47,955 nucleotides of DNA. Origin: Acidobacteriaceae bacterium (lineage in GTDB: Bacteria > Acidobacteriota > Terriglobia > Terriglobales > Acidobacteriaceae). The stretch covers positions 1 to 47,955 of the forward strand of contig JASHVE010000441.1 of the NCBI GenBank assembly GCA_030039675.1, written 5' to 3'. Positions 35,458-45,800 of this stretch are shown one piece after another. Each line of letters starts with the position of its first letter. The first letter of the stretch is position 1. The notes beneath the pieces were generated by a model that worked only from the letters and a program-made list of their open reading frames with translations, made no database searches and was not told the DNA's origin. The translations under genes were made by a program, and so were the position numbers.

Positions 35458-35487
35458 AGCTTCTCAAGATATGAGATTGGCTGTCAA
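35458..35487 (-). promoter_or_regulatory. Promoter of the IclR gene with an overlapping palindromic operator
   Basis: TTGACA (35482-35487), 18 nt, GAAGCT; TCTCA-AGATA-TGAGA at 35462-35476. Confidence 0.6.
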
Positions 35488-35629
35488 GAGGCGGGAGAAC
35501 GGTTATTCAGCAGGTTAGTAGAAGATCAGACCAATCGGGCTAAGCCAATGATCCGCAGCGACATACGAAATATGCCACTGCTTCCCAGGGGCGGATCGAG
35601 CAGACTTGCTTTTACTTCGGCTGGAAAAG

Positions 35630-37525
35630 CTAGCTGTTTTCCGGTACCAGGTCTCCCTCGCCGGGCGCGAGGAAGAGATTGGCCTCAAGCCCGTGCTGGC
35701 GGGTGTAGAGATCGTAATAGCGGCCGCCGAGAGCAAAGAGTTCAGCGTGATTGCCCTGCTCGACGATGCGGCCGCCCTCCACTACAAGAATCTGATCTGC
35801 GCGGCGAATCGTCGATAGGCGGTGCGCGATGACGAAGGTAGTGCGCCCCTGCATAAGTTGCGCAAGGCCGGCCTGGATCATGGCCTCGGACTCGGAATCG
35901 AGCGAGCTGGTGGCTTCATCGAGGATGAGGATGCGCGGTTCGGCCAGCAGCGCGCGGGCGATGGAGAGCCTTTGCCGCTGGCCGCCGGAGAGCTTCACAC
36001 CGCGCTCGCCCACGATCGTGTCATAGGATTCCGGAAAGCGCTCGGCAAATTCGTCCACGCGCGCTGTGCGGCAGGCGGCGAGAAATTGCTCCTGCGTGGC
36101 TTCGGGACGTGAAAACAGAATGTTCTCACGGATAGAGCCGTCGAAGAGGAACGAGTCCTGAAGCACCACACCAAGTTGCGAGCGGAAGGTAGTCAGGTCC
36201 ACAGTGGCAAGATCGATATCGTCAACCAGCACGCGGCCTTTCAACGGAGTATGGAAAGCGCACAGCAGGCTGATAATGGTGGATTTGCCCGAGCCCGACG
36301 AACCGACCAGCGCAGTGACGGTTCCCGGTTCCGCGCGGAAGCTCACGCCATGCAGCACAGGTTTCTCCGGTGTGTAGGCGAACTCGACATTTTCGAAGCG
36401 TATCTTGCCCACGATGGGAGGCATTTTGACCGTGCGGCCGGGAACTTGATTTTCTTCGATTTCGGCCATGATCTCGTGGGTGCGATCGAGTCCGGCGAAG
36501 GCTTCTGTCAATTGCGTGCCGATGTTCACGATCTGGAAGACCGGCGCGACCATGAAGGCCAGGAACATGTTGTAGCTGAAGTAGTCGCCTACCGACCAGG
36601 AGTGCTGTAGCACGCTATGCCCGCCCAGCCACATCACTAGAGAAGAGACCAGGCCGAGAACCGTGGTAGAGGCTGACGAGAGCACGCTGGTCATGGTCAG
36701 CGACTTCATTACGTTATTCAGCAGCCGCTCCACGCCGCCGGAGAAGACGTGCGCCTCGCGGTCTTCGGCGTGATAGCCCTTGATGACGCGCACGCCGCCG
36801 AGCGATTCGGTAAGCCGGCCTGTGACTTCTGCATTGATTCGGGATCGCTCGCGGAAGATGGGGCGAATCACGCGGAAACCGTATTGCAGAACGAGAACAA
36901 AGGAACCGATGACAGCAAAAACGGTGAGCGTGACCGTTACGCTGCGATGGAGCAGATAAACGAAGGCCAAGATGGCCGTGAGCATACCGCCGAGAAATTC
37001 GACGAGCCCCGTACCCACGAGGTTGCGGACGCCTTCCACGTCCGACATGATGCGCGCGACCAACGTGCCGGTGCGGTTCTCGTCGTAGTAGGCCACGGAG
37101 AGCAATCCGACATGCCGCTGCACCTGCCGCCGCATGTCGGCGATGAGGCGCTGGCCCGCCTTCGAAAGCAACTGCGTGAGTGAGAACGAGGTGATGGCCT
37201 GCACCACCATCGCGGAAAACACCAGCGCGATGATGCGCGGCAGCAACTCGGGATGCGGATGTTGCCAGGAGAGCACTTTATCGAGCAGGGGCTTTGAGGT
37301 GTAAGGGAGAACAAGGCCGGCCACCCGGTTGATGACCATTAACCCCAGTCCGATGATGATAAGTCCCTTACGCGGTGAGACCAGGGCCCAGATTTCCGGG
37401 CCGATCTTTTTGAGACTGGGTTTCTTTTTCGGCAGATCGCCCTGCGCGGAGCGCGCACCGCGACCCTGCGGCGTGCGCTCGGCGCGCATGCCCATGCCGA
37501 GCCCACCTCCCCGCATTGTGGACAT
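35630..37525 (-). CDS. ABC exporter, fused TMD-NBD (MsbA/Sav1866-like)
   Basis: TM domain followed by GSSGSGKS, LSGGQRQR, ILDEATS, IAHR; AGGAG SD. Confidence 0.95.
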   Translation of the reverse strand: MSTMRGGGLGMGMRAERTPQGRGARSAQGDLPKKKPSLKKIGPEIWALVSPRKGLIIIGLGLMVINRVAGLVLPYTSKPLLDKVLSWQHPHPELLPRIIALVFSAMVVQAITSFSLTQLLSKAGQRLIADMRRQVQRHVGLLSVAYYDENRTGTLVARIMSDVEGVRNLVGTGLVEFLGGMLTAILAFVYLLHRSVTVTLTVFAVIGSFVLVLQYGFRVIRPIFRERSRINAEVTGRLTESLGGVRVIKGYHAEDREAHVFSGGVERLLNNVMKSLTMTSVLSSASTTVLGLVSSLVMWLGGHSVLQHSWSVGDYFSYNMFLAFMVAPVFQIVNIGTQLTEAFAGLDRTHEIMAEIEENQVPGRTVKMPPIVGKIRFENVEFAYTPEKPVLHGVSFRAEPGTVTALVGSSGSGKSTIISLLCAFHTPLKGRVLVDDIDLATVDLTTFRSQLGVVLQDSFLFDGSIRENILFSRPEATQEQFLAACRTARVDEFAERFPESYDTIVGERGVKLSGGQRQRLSIARALLAEPRILILDEATSSLDSESEAMIQAGLAQLMQGRTTFVIAHRLSTIRRADQILVVEGGRIVEQGNHAELFALGGRYYDLYTRQHGLEANLFLAPGEGDLVPENS

Positions 37526-37527
37526 GG

Positions 37528-37908
37528 CTACTCCTGCCTTGCCCTGCGCGCAGCAATGAACGACCGCACGCACATATTCACATAGATAAGCAGTAGTCCC
37601 GCCATGGTCAATTTGGATGCGAGTGCAATGTGATCCGGTTCAATACCTTGAGCGTGGGCGTGCGCGTAGCCGCGCAGCGCTTCAGCTGCTGCTCCGATAA
37701 ACCCCAATAGGCCGATGGTCACGCTGATGTGCATGAACAGCTTGCGCCGGCCTTCGCTGGGGCTGATGGCGAGGAATCCGCAGGCACCCATCGCGAGACC
37801 AAACCACATGGGGATGAGCGCGGTGGGGTGGACACTGCCTGTTCCAAGATAACCGGCGAGACCTAGAGCAACCAGCAGGACCGCAAATACCAGTGTCACT
37901 TTTGCCAT
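37528..37908 (-). CDS. Small 4-TM membrane protein (TMEM14-like pattern)
   Basis: GLAGYLGTGSVHPTALIP; four hydrophobic segments; GGAGG SD. Confidence 0.82.
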   Translation of the reverse strand: MAKVTLVFAVLLVALGLAGYLGTGSVHPTALIPMWFGLAMGACGFLAISPSEGRRKLFMHISVTIGLLGFIGAAAEALRGYAHAHAQGIEPDHIALASKLTMAGLLLIYVNMCVRSFIAARRARQE

Positions 37909-37929
37909 GCGAAACCTCCATCTTTACTC

Positions 37930-38028
37930 CAGTTTACAGTTCGTCGTTCCTGGTTCTCAGTGAGGGATTGCGCAGAGCGTAGGCGCGTCTGAAGCACCGG
38001 TAACTGGGAACTATGAACTGTGAACTGA
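37930..38028. repeat. Inverted heptamer array B, same family as 7041-7118
   Basis: cagttta cagttcg tcgttcc tggttct cag ... taactgg gaactat gaactgt gaactga. Confidence 0.8.
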
Positions 38029-38032
38029 CGTG

Positions 38033-39115
38033 CTATCGTTGAATGCGTGCCGATCCGCCTTTGGCAAAGGTCCGCACCTGGTCGAGAGTGGCCATAGTGG
38101 TGTCGCCGGGGAATGTCGTGAGCAAGGCGCCGTGAGCCCAGCCCAGCTTGAGGCACTCTTCCGGAGCTTCGCCGTTTAACAGGCCGTAAATAAAGCCGGC
38201 AGCAAAACCGTCTCCGCCTCCAACGCGGTCGATAACGTCGAGCTCGGCCGTGGGTGCGGTGTAGCTCTTGCCTCCGACCCAGGCCACGGCGCTCCAGCTG
38301 TGCCGGTTCGTGGAGTGAACCTCGCGCAGCGTAGTGGCGACGACTTTCGCCTGCGGATGCTTTTTCACCACCTGGTCGATCATGCCGAAGAAGACGCTCG
38401 GATCGAGCTTCGACTTTGCGGTGACATCGGGGCCGGGAATGCCAAGGCCTTTCTGTAGGTCTTCCTCGTTGCCAATGAGCACATCCACGTTCTCGACGAT
38501 CTTGCCGATGGTCTCGACTGCATGATCGATTCCGCCAGAGATCTTCCACAGTTTCTCGCGGAAGTTCAGATCGAACGAGGTCACCGCACCGGCGGCTTTG
38601 GCTTCGCGCATCATCTCCGCGGCCAGTGCTGCGGTCGAGGCTGAAAGCGCGGCGAAAAGACCACCGCAGTGAACCCAGCGAACGCCTTGCGCAAAGATCG
38701 CCTTCCAGTCGAAGTCGCCGGGCTCGAGCATCGCGCCCGCTTCATTGGCGCGGTTGTAGAACACGACCGGAGGCCGCACGCCGTAACCGCGATCGCTGTA
38801 AACCGTCGCCATGTTGGGCCCAGTTGCGCCGTTGTGCTCAAAGTATTTGTAGATCGGCTTCACGCCCATGGCGCGCACCCGCTCGGCAATCAGATCGCCG
38901 ATGGGATAGTTGACCATGGCCGAAGCGATGGCCGTCTTCATCCGGAAACAATCGGAAAGGTTTGCGGCCACATTGAATTCGCCGCCGCTTACGTGAATCC
39001 TGCACTCCGTCGCCTTGCGAAAGGGAATGATTCCCGGATCGAGCCGGTGAATTAAGGCTCCCAGCGCCAGAAAATCCAATTCCCCGTTTTTGGGGATGTT
39101 CAGTTTGTTGCTCAT
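38033..39115 (-). CDS. PfkB-family sugar kinase, 2-keto-3-deoxygluconate kinase-like
   Basis: SGGEFNVA, SFDLNFR..LW, GNEED, DRVGGGDGFAAG, PGD; AAGGAG SD. Confidence 0.92.
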   Translation of the reverse strand: MSNKLNIPKNGELDFLALGALIHRLDPGIIPFRKATECRIHVSGGEFNVAANLSDCFRMKTAIASAMVNYPIGDLIAERVRAMGVKPIYKYFEHNGATGPNMATVYSDRGYGVRPPVVFYNRANEAGAMLEPGDFDWKAIFAQGVRWVHCGGLFAALSASTAALAAEMMREAKAAGAVTSFDLNFREKLWKISGGIDHAVETIGKIVENVDVLIGNEEDLQKGLGIPGPDVTAKSKLDPSVFFGMIDQVVKKHPQAKVVATTLREVHSTNRHSWSAVAWVGGKSYTAPTAELDVIDRVGGGDGFAAGFIYGLLNGEAPEECLKLGWAHGALLTTFPGDTTMATLDQVRTFAKGGSARIQR

Positions 39116-39182
39116 CGTTTGGCTCCTTGCTGCACTTGTCTCCTCATAAAGTATGAAAAACAAAAACCCAAGGCTGCACACT

Positions 39183-40088
39183 TCAACCGGCGCTTGCGGC
39201 CAGACGCTTCACGTCATTGAGAACTTGCTGCGGGGTCCACTCGTTTCCAGGATAGAACTGCACAACCTTACCCTGGGGACTGATCAACGTAGTCGAAAGC
39301 GTGTGCGTGATTGTGTCATCGGGCCCGGAAGTGATGCCCACGTCAAAGTACTTCGCCATTTCCAGCAGCTCAGGCTTGGTCGGAACGGCGAAATCCCAGT
39401 GCGCGAAGGCATTTCTGTCGTCGCGGCCGATATAGGTTGCACCGTAAGCGCGCAACCGCGCGGGCGTATCATGGTCGGGGTCGAAGCTCACGCAAAGAAG
39501 ATGTGTTTTGGCATAGAGCACTGGATCAGAGGCCAGTTGCTGATGGATCGCGGCAAAATTCCGCGTGACCAGCGGGCAGAAGTTCGGCAGTGGGCAGCGC
39601 GTGTAGATAAAGGTGAGCAAGAGACTCTGCCCGCGAAACTGATCGAGATGAATCTCGCGCCCATCCTGGTTGCGCAGCTTAAAATCCGGGACATTATCGC
39701 CTGGCTCCGGCACGTGGTAGAGAACCGTAGGCCGGTAATCGGGCTTGGCCTGCGCGACAATGTCGATGTGGTCCAGAAAAACGCTGGCGTCAGCACCCTG
39801 CGAGACAAAAAGGTCGGCGGTGAGCACGTCGCCGGGATGCAATTCACTCAGGATGCCCGGGTCTTTCAGCTTATAAGGCATCGTCATCGCTTCCATGAAG
39901 CCAGGGATTGCGTCATGGGCCAGCGTCACCTCACCCGTGGCAGAATTGGTCGAGATCACCTTGCCGCGTAGCTTGTAGACCTTGAACGACGAACTCGAAG
40001 TATCCTGCTGATCGGCCTTCGTCTCTGAGTGACACCCGGTGAGAATAAAAAGCGCCAACAAGGAACCTACAAGCAATCTCCGCATCAC
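39183..40088 (-). CDS. SCO-family lipoprotein with an N-terminal CusF-like copper-binding domain
   Basis: Lipobox LTGC; HDAIPGFMEAMTM; FIYTRCPLPNFCP; VSFDP.HDTP; ITHTLST. Confidence 0.9.
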   Translation of the reverse strand: MMRRLLVGSLLALFILTGCHSETKADQQDTSSSSFKVYKLRGKVISTNSATGEVTLAHDAIPGFMEAMTMPYKLKDPGILSELHPGDVLTADLFVSQGADASVFLDHIDIVAQAKPDYRPTVLYHVPEPGDNVPDFKLRNQDGREIHLDQFRGQSLLLTFIYTRCPLPNFCPLVTRNFAAIHQQLASDPVLYAKTHLLCVSFDPDHDTPARLRAYGATYIGRDDRNAFAHWDFAVPTKPELLEMAKYFDVGITSGPDDTITHTLSTTLISPQGKVVQFYPGNEWTPQQVLNDVKRLAASAG

Positions 40089-40182
40089 GCCTTCTAGTGT
40101 ACAACCGGTGGACTGACCACAACCTGTTGATACCGCAACTTCCGTTTTGGCGCTTGCGCGCCCGGCAGAGTATAACCCTGAA

Positions 40183-42891
40183 ATGGGGGATACGGCTGCA
40201 TCTGAGCTCAACGCGTGGCTGCGCGGCGGAGGGCTGGTCGTTGCGGCCAGCGAGCGCGCCGCGCGCGCTGTCGCGACGACCTACCATCGCGCCCGCCGCG
40301 CCGAAGGGCTCACCGCCTGGACGGCTCCGAAGGTCCGCAATTGGGAGGAGTTTGCCCGCCGCGCGTGGGAAGAACACACGAGGCGGCCGCGGCTTCTGCT
40401 GAATCCGCTGCAAGAGCAATCGCTGTGGGCAGAGATCGTCGCGGCGGACGGCCGGAGGGCGGTCCTGCTGGAAGAGCCTCTTCACCGCATCGCGAAATTG
40501 GCCATGGATGCGCACAGGCTGCTTTGCTTGCACGCACCCCAATTCCTTGAGCCAACTGCAAGAGCCATGTGGCAGCAGGATGCCGGGATGTTCAGCAATT
40601 GGCTGACGACGTTCGACGAGGCGTGCCGCGCTGGTGAGCTGATCAGCCCATCGCGCGTACCACCTGAGCTGATTGAGTCGATCAAGAATGACGGCGGCAC
40701 GCGTCCGCCGCTGCTGCTGGCCGGTTTCGACCGCATTCTGCCTACACAGCAAAAGTTGTTCGATGCCTGGGGTGAGTGGCGCGATGTGCCGCGCGCCAAT
40801 TCAGCCCTACAGATATTTTTTCATCAAGCTGTCGACGAAAATGCGGAACTGGCAGCGTGTGCGCTATGGTGCAAGCGCCGTCTGGCGGCCAGTCCGCAGG
40901 CACGGCTGCTGGTCGTGACGGAGCGTGCGGCAGCTCACCGCGGCGAGATCGAGCGGGCGTTTCTGCGATTTGGGAGGCGAGACAGCACTCCAGATGGCGC
41001 TTCGTCGTTGTTCGAATTTTCACTTGGCGTTCCGCTGAAGAACGTCTCGCTGGCGCGCGGAGCAGTGCTGGTGCTGCGTTGGCTGGACGGGGCAATCGAA
41101 GAACACGAACTAGACTGGTTATTCTCCACCGGTCAAACTGCGGCGAGCGAAGAGGAGTCCTATTCGTTGACTGCGTTTATGCGCGCATTGCGGCGGCGTG
41201 GTTTGGAACGGACACACTGGCGCCTTGAAGACTTCAGCCGACAAAGGCCAGGACAGGCGTTACCGGAGAGCTGGGTTGCCCGGATGGCGCAAGCAGCGCA
41301 GCGGCTGAAAGAATTCCACAGTTCCTCTGCCGCGGCGCGGGCAACGCCGATCGAGTGGGCAGAACTGGTTCCACAGCTGCTCCAAACGATTGGCTGGCCA
41401 GGCAGGCGGGCGCTCTCGAGTACAGAGTTCCAGGTAACTCGCCGCTGGCAAGAGTTGTTGGACGAGTGCGCCTCGCTTGGATTCGATGGGCGCCGGGTCG
41501 GCTGGAGAGATTTCCTGCAGGCGATCGAACGCACAATGAATGAGACCCTGTTTGCACCTGAGTCTGAAGATGCGCCGATTCTGATTGCAGGGCCTGCAGA
41601 GTCGGCCGGGCTCACGGCGGATGCGGTCTGGGTTCTTGGGGCGAGCGAGGATGCGTGGCCGCCCTCGGGCTCGGCGCATCCGTTGCTGCCTCTCGATGTG
41701 CAGCGCACTGCAGAGATGCCTCACGCTTCCGCACAGCTCGACTGGCACCTGGCCATGGCTGTCACGGACCGATTGCTGGCGTCTACGGCGGAAATTCATT
41801 TCAGCTTTGCACGGCAGACTGGGGGCATTGAAGCGCGCCCCTCACGGTTGATCATGAAAGTTGCGGGCGCTGCGCAGAATGTGCCACCAGAACTGACTGC
41901 GCATCCAGAACCGGATGCGCTGACCCTATTGTTCGAGGACCGCAGCCGGATTCCCTTCCCCGGCGGCGAAGTTGCTGGCGGCTCTACCGTGCTGACCGCA
42001 CAGTCGCAGTGTCCGTTCAAGGCGTTTGCCGTGGCACGGCTGGGCGCGCGGAAATGGGAGCGGGCCGAACCCGGGCTGACGGCTGCGCAGCGCGGCCAAC
42101 TACTGCACGCGGTGCTGCACGCCGTCTGGAGCGGACCGCCCGAGGGGATTCGCAGTCAGGCGGAGCTGCGAGAGCTCACGGATCTTCGTGCATTCGTCGA
42201 CAAGCGGGTGCGTGCGGTTCTCCGGGAGGAGATGCCTACGGGCGCGCGCGAAAGCATGCCGCGCAGATACCTCGAGCTGGAGCAGATTCGGTTGACCCAA
42301 CTGGTGACCGAGTGGCTGCGGTACGAAGCGGCGCGGGCGCCTTTCGTCGTGGAAGACACTGAAGTCGAGAGAGAGCTAATGGTTGCGGGACTGGAGCTTC
42401 GTCTCCGATTGGACCGCGTGGACCGGTTCGGCGACGGCACTGTTCTGGTGATCGACTACAAGACCGGCAATGTTTCGCAGAAGTCGTGGGAGATGCCGCG
42501 ACCGGATGACGTGCAGTTGCCTCTCTATGCGGGATTCGCGCTTGACCGCGAGAAGGAGCCGCTCGGCGGCCTGGTGTTTGCGAAGATTCGGGCCGGCGAA
42601 CAGCAGTGCTTCGCAGGACGCATGTTCGATGCGGAGGCGCGGTTGCTGCCGGGTTTAGGCAATCGCAGTGCACTGGTCAAGAGGCCGCTGACGATCGAAG
42701 ACCTCATCGAGTGGCGCAACTATATCGAGCAGATGGCGCGCGACTTTCTTGAAGGACGCGCCGATATAAATCCTCGCGAGTATCCCACAACCTGCGAGCA
42801 ATGCGGCTTGCAGACGCTTTGCCGCGTGCACGAACATCGCGTGCAACGGGAAAAGGAGATGGACGACGCGGAGGAGGCATTCGATGCCTAG
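40183..42891 (+). CDS. addB: AddB-like subunit: degenerate helicase plus PD-(D/E)XK nuclease with Fe-S cysteines
   Basis: QCPF, GQLLH, RLDRVD, IDYKTG, QLPLY, CEQCGLQTLC; overlaps the downstream helicase gene. Confidence 0.88.
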   Translation: MGDTAASELNAWLRGGGLVVAASERAARAVATTYHRARRAEGLTAWTAPKVRNWEEFARRAWEEHTRRPRLLLNPLQEQSLWAEIVAADGRRAVLLEEPLHRIAKLAMDAHRLLCLHAPQFLEPTARAMWQQDAGMFSNWLTTFDEACRAGELISPSRVPPELIESIKNDGGTRPPLLLAGFDRILPTQQKLFDAWGEWRDVPRANSALQIFFHQAVDENAELAACALWCKRRLAASPQARLLVVTERAAAHRGEIERAFLRFGRRDSTPDGASSLFEFSLGVPLKNVSLARGAVLVLRWLDGAIEEHELDWLFSTGQTAASEEESYSLTAFMRALRRRGLERTHWRLEDFSRQRPGQALPESWVARMAQAAQRLKEFHSSSAAARATPIEWAELVPQLLQTIGWPGRRALSSTEFQVTRRWQELLDECASLGFDGRRVGWRDFLQAIERTMNETLFAPESEDAPILIAGPAESAGLTADAVWVLGASEDAWPPSGSAHPLLPLDVQRTAEMPHASAQLDWHLAMAVTDRLLASTAEIHFSFARQTGGIEARPSRLIMKVAGAAQNVPPELTAHPEPDALTLLFEDRSRIPFPGGEVAGGSTVLTAQSQCPFKAFAVARLGARKWERAEPGLTAAQRGQLLHAVLHAVWSGPPEGIRSQAELRELTDLRAFVDKRVRAVLREEMPTGARESMPRRYLELEQIRLTQLVTEWLRYEAARAPFVVEDTEVERELMVAGLELRLRLDRVDRFGDGTVLVIDYKTGNVSQKSWEMPRPDDVQLPLYAGFALDREKEPLGGLVFAKIRAGEQQCFAGRMFDAEARLLPGLGNRSALVKRPLTIEDLIEWRNYIEQMARDFLEGRADINPREYPTTCEQCGLQTLCRVHEHRVQREKEMDDAEEAFDA

Positions 42892-45800
42892 CGTTTCACC
42901 GGTCCGTTTGCCGCCCCCCGACCAGAAGGAACGCGAGCGCGCGCTCGACGCGAGCCGTTGTGTACTGGTGCGCGCGCCGGCCGGCTCGGGCAAAACCGAT
43001 CTGCTCACGCGCAGGTTTCTGCGCCTGCTCGCCGCGGTGGATGAGCCGGGACAGATTGTCGCCATTACCTTCACCAAGGCTGCTGCAACAGAGATGCGGC
43101 ATAGGATTCTCGAGAAACTCGAGAAAGCTGCGGTGAGTGATGCGGCAGATTCGGAAGGCGATGAGTTTTCGATGGAAGCGCTGGCGAGGCGGGCACTTAA
43201 ACGGTCGCATGCGCGCGGATGGAACCTGCTCGATCTGCCGGCGCAGTTGCGCATCTCCACAATCGACTCCTTCTGCCGCGAGCTGGCGTTGCAGCAGCCG
43301 CTGTTGTCGGGCCTGGGCGGGGGGCTGGAGATCGCAGAGCAGCCGCAGGAGCTGTACCGGCGCGCAGCGCGACGGACTCTCGAGGCAATCGGCGGCAGCG
43401 ATGCTTCGCTGCGTGAATCCATCGAAGCCCTTCTGCTTTGGCGCGACAACGGCTGGCACGAGATCGAGAGCCAGCTGATCGAGATGCTGGAAACGCGGGA
43501 CCGTTGGATGCACGAGTTTGTCGTGGTGCGCAATCCGGATTGGAATGCGCTGCGCGAGCGGCTCGAGTGGCCTTTTCGCGAATCAGTCGCCGCAGCACTC
43601 ACGGAACTGAACCGGTTGCTCGACCAGGTTCCAGGAGCGCGCAATGAGATTCTGGAGCTCGCGCGGTTTGCTTGCGATCAGACCGAGGGTGCGCTGCATG
43701 GAGGGCTCGCGGAATTGGCCGAGTTGCCTGATGCGTCTTTCGAGAGTGCCGAAGAACTCGAAGCTGCTCAGCAGGCGTGCGCGTGCCTGGCTGCGTTTCT
43801 GTTGACGAACGATGGCAACTTTCGCGAGCGCGTAGACAAGCGGCTCGGGTTCCCGGCGGATCGCAAAAGAGAAAAAGAGCGGCTGTTGCGCGTGATTGCT
43901 GACCTCAGAGGGCTTCCCGGTCTCGAGGCCGCACTGGCGGCGATCCGCGAATTGCCTCCTGCGCGTTACTCCGACGAAGACTGGCGCGTCCTCCGCGCGG
44001 CTTTCACGCTGCTGCGGCGTGCAGCCGCCGAATTGAAGGTGGTCTTCGCGGAGACCGGCACGGCCGATTACATCGAAGTGGCGCAGATCGCTGAACGCGT
44101 CCTCACAGGCGAGAACGAGATTCCCAGTGAAGCGGCGCTGGCCGTCGCCGACGGCGTGCGCCACCTGCTTGTGGACGAGTTTCAGGATACAAGCCGGAGG
44201 CAGCACAGGCTGCTGGGGCGCCTGATCGGCGCGTGGAGCGAGCGGCAGAACCGGAGCTGCTTTGTGGTTGGCGACCCGATGCAGTCCATTTATTTTTTTC
44301 GCGATGCGGATGCGGAGCTGTTTCCGCGCGTGGAGCGCATGGGGCTGGATATTCCTCACGATCTGCCGCTGAAGTTCGACTCAGTACGACTCTTTGCGAA
44401 CTTCAGGACAGCGCGGCCGCTGGTGGAGAAGTTGAACGAAACCTTTGCGAGAATTTTCGACCAGAACGACGGAAGCGGCATCACCTTTTCAAGCGCCGAG
44501 CCCTCACGCAGGGAGCGCGCACAAGCGGAATTGCAGATCGTGACGGAAACCGGGCCGCGCATGGAGCTGCACCTCGAGTTCATTTCGCAAAATCGCACAC
44601 GAGCAACCGGGCCGGATGCCGTGCGCGAATCCCTGAGGATTTCGAAAACCCACGAGACAGCGCGGGAAAGCCAGACCGAAGAAATTGTCCATGTGATCCG
44701 CGAGCATCTCGTGCACATGGAGCAGGCGCGTGCAGCGGGAGCAAAATATCGCATCGCCGTGCTGGGTCGGACGCGCAGAGCGCTGGTGCCGATTGCCGAA
44801 GCGTTAAGGTCCGCGAAGATTCCTTTCCGGGCGGTAGAACTGGAAGGATTGAAGGACCGGCCGGAGGTGCTGGATGCGCTGGCCCTGGTACGAGCGCTGT
44901 TCAATCCGCAGGACCGCGTGGCGTGGCTGGGCGTGCTGCGCGCGCCGTGGTGCGGGCTTTCTCTTGAAGATTTGCATCGGCTGGTGAGCGCAGACGATCC
45001 CGAGTTGCAGAAGCAGCCTGTATCAGCGCTGCTCGCCGAGCGACAGACGCTTTTGAGCGGCGAAGGTCGTGCCGCGGTAGAGCGCGTTCTGCTGGCCATT
45101 GCATCCGTACCGCACTTGCGATTTGCGCAGCCAATAGCATCGCCCGGCAGTTGGATCGAGCAGGTGTGGCTGCGGCTCGGTGGCGCACAGTGCGTGGACG
45201 CGGCAGGACGAGCCAACGTAAATCTGCTGTGGCGTGCTCTCGACAGCTTGCCGGAGGGCGAGCTGGATTTGCTGGGACCGGCGCTGGACGCGGCTCTCGA
45301 CAAACTCACAGCGCTGCCCGATCCGGCCGCAGATGCCGACGTCGGCGTGCAGCTGATGACGATCCACAAATCGAAGGGACTCGAATTCGAGGCGGTGCTT
45401 GTGCCCGATTTACAGGCGCGCTCCGCACAGGGAAACCTCAAGCTGCTTTCCTGGCTCGAACGGGGATTGGCCGAACCGGATGCATCGGGTGAGCCTACTG
45501 AGTTTCTTGTAGCGCCATTGCAGTCCAAGGGCACGGAGGGAGGCAGCGCCAAAGCATGGGTGGATCGCGTTTATCGCGAGCGCGAACGGCAGGAGATGCG
45601 GCGGCTGCTCTACGTGGCCGCGACGCGCGCGCGCGAAGAACTGCACCTCTTTGCGCGGCCTTCGTACAAAGAGGAGGAAGATGGTTCCTTCAGCCTCGTT
45701 AATCCGCGCGACAGCCTGCTGGCCACAGCTTGGCCTGCACTGGAAACCGAGATCCAAACGCGGTTCGCGGCATGGAGTGATCGCGCGGCCGCATCTTCAA

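Noticed and set aside
41990-42830. Four-Cys PD-(D/E)XK domain as Cas4 or a defence nuclease
   Set aside because: It is the normal AddB nuclease domain, paired with an AddA-like helicase.
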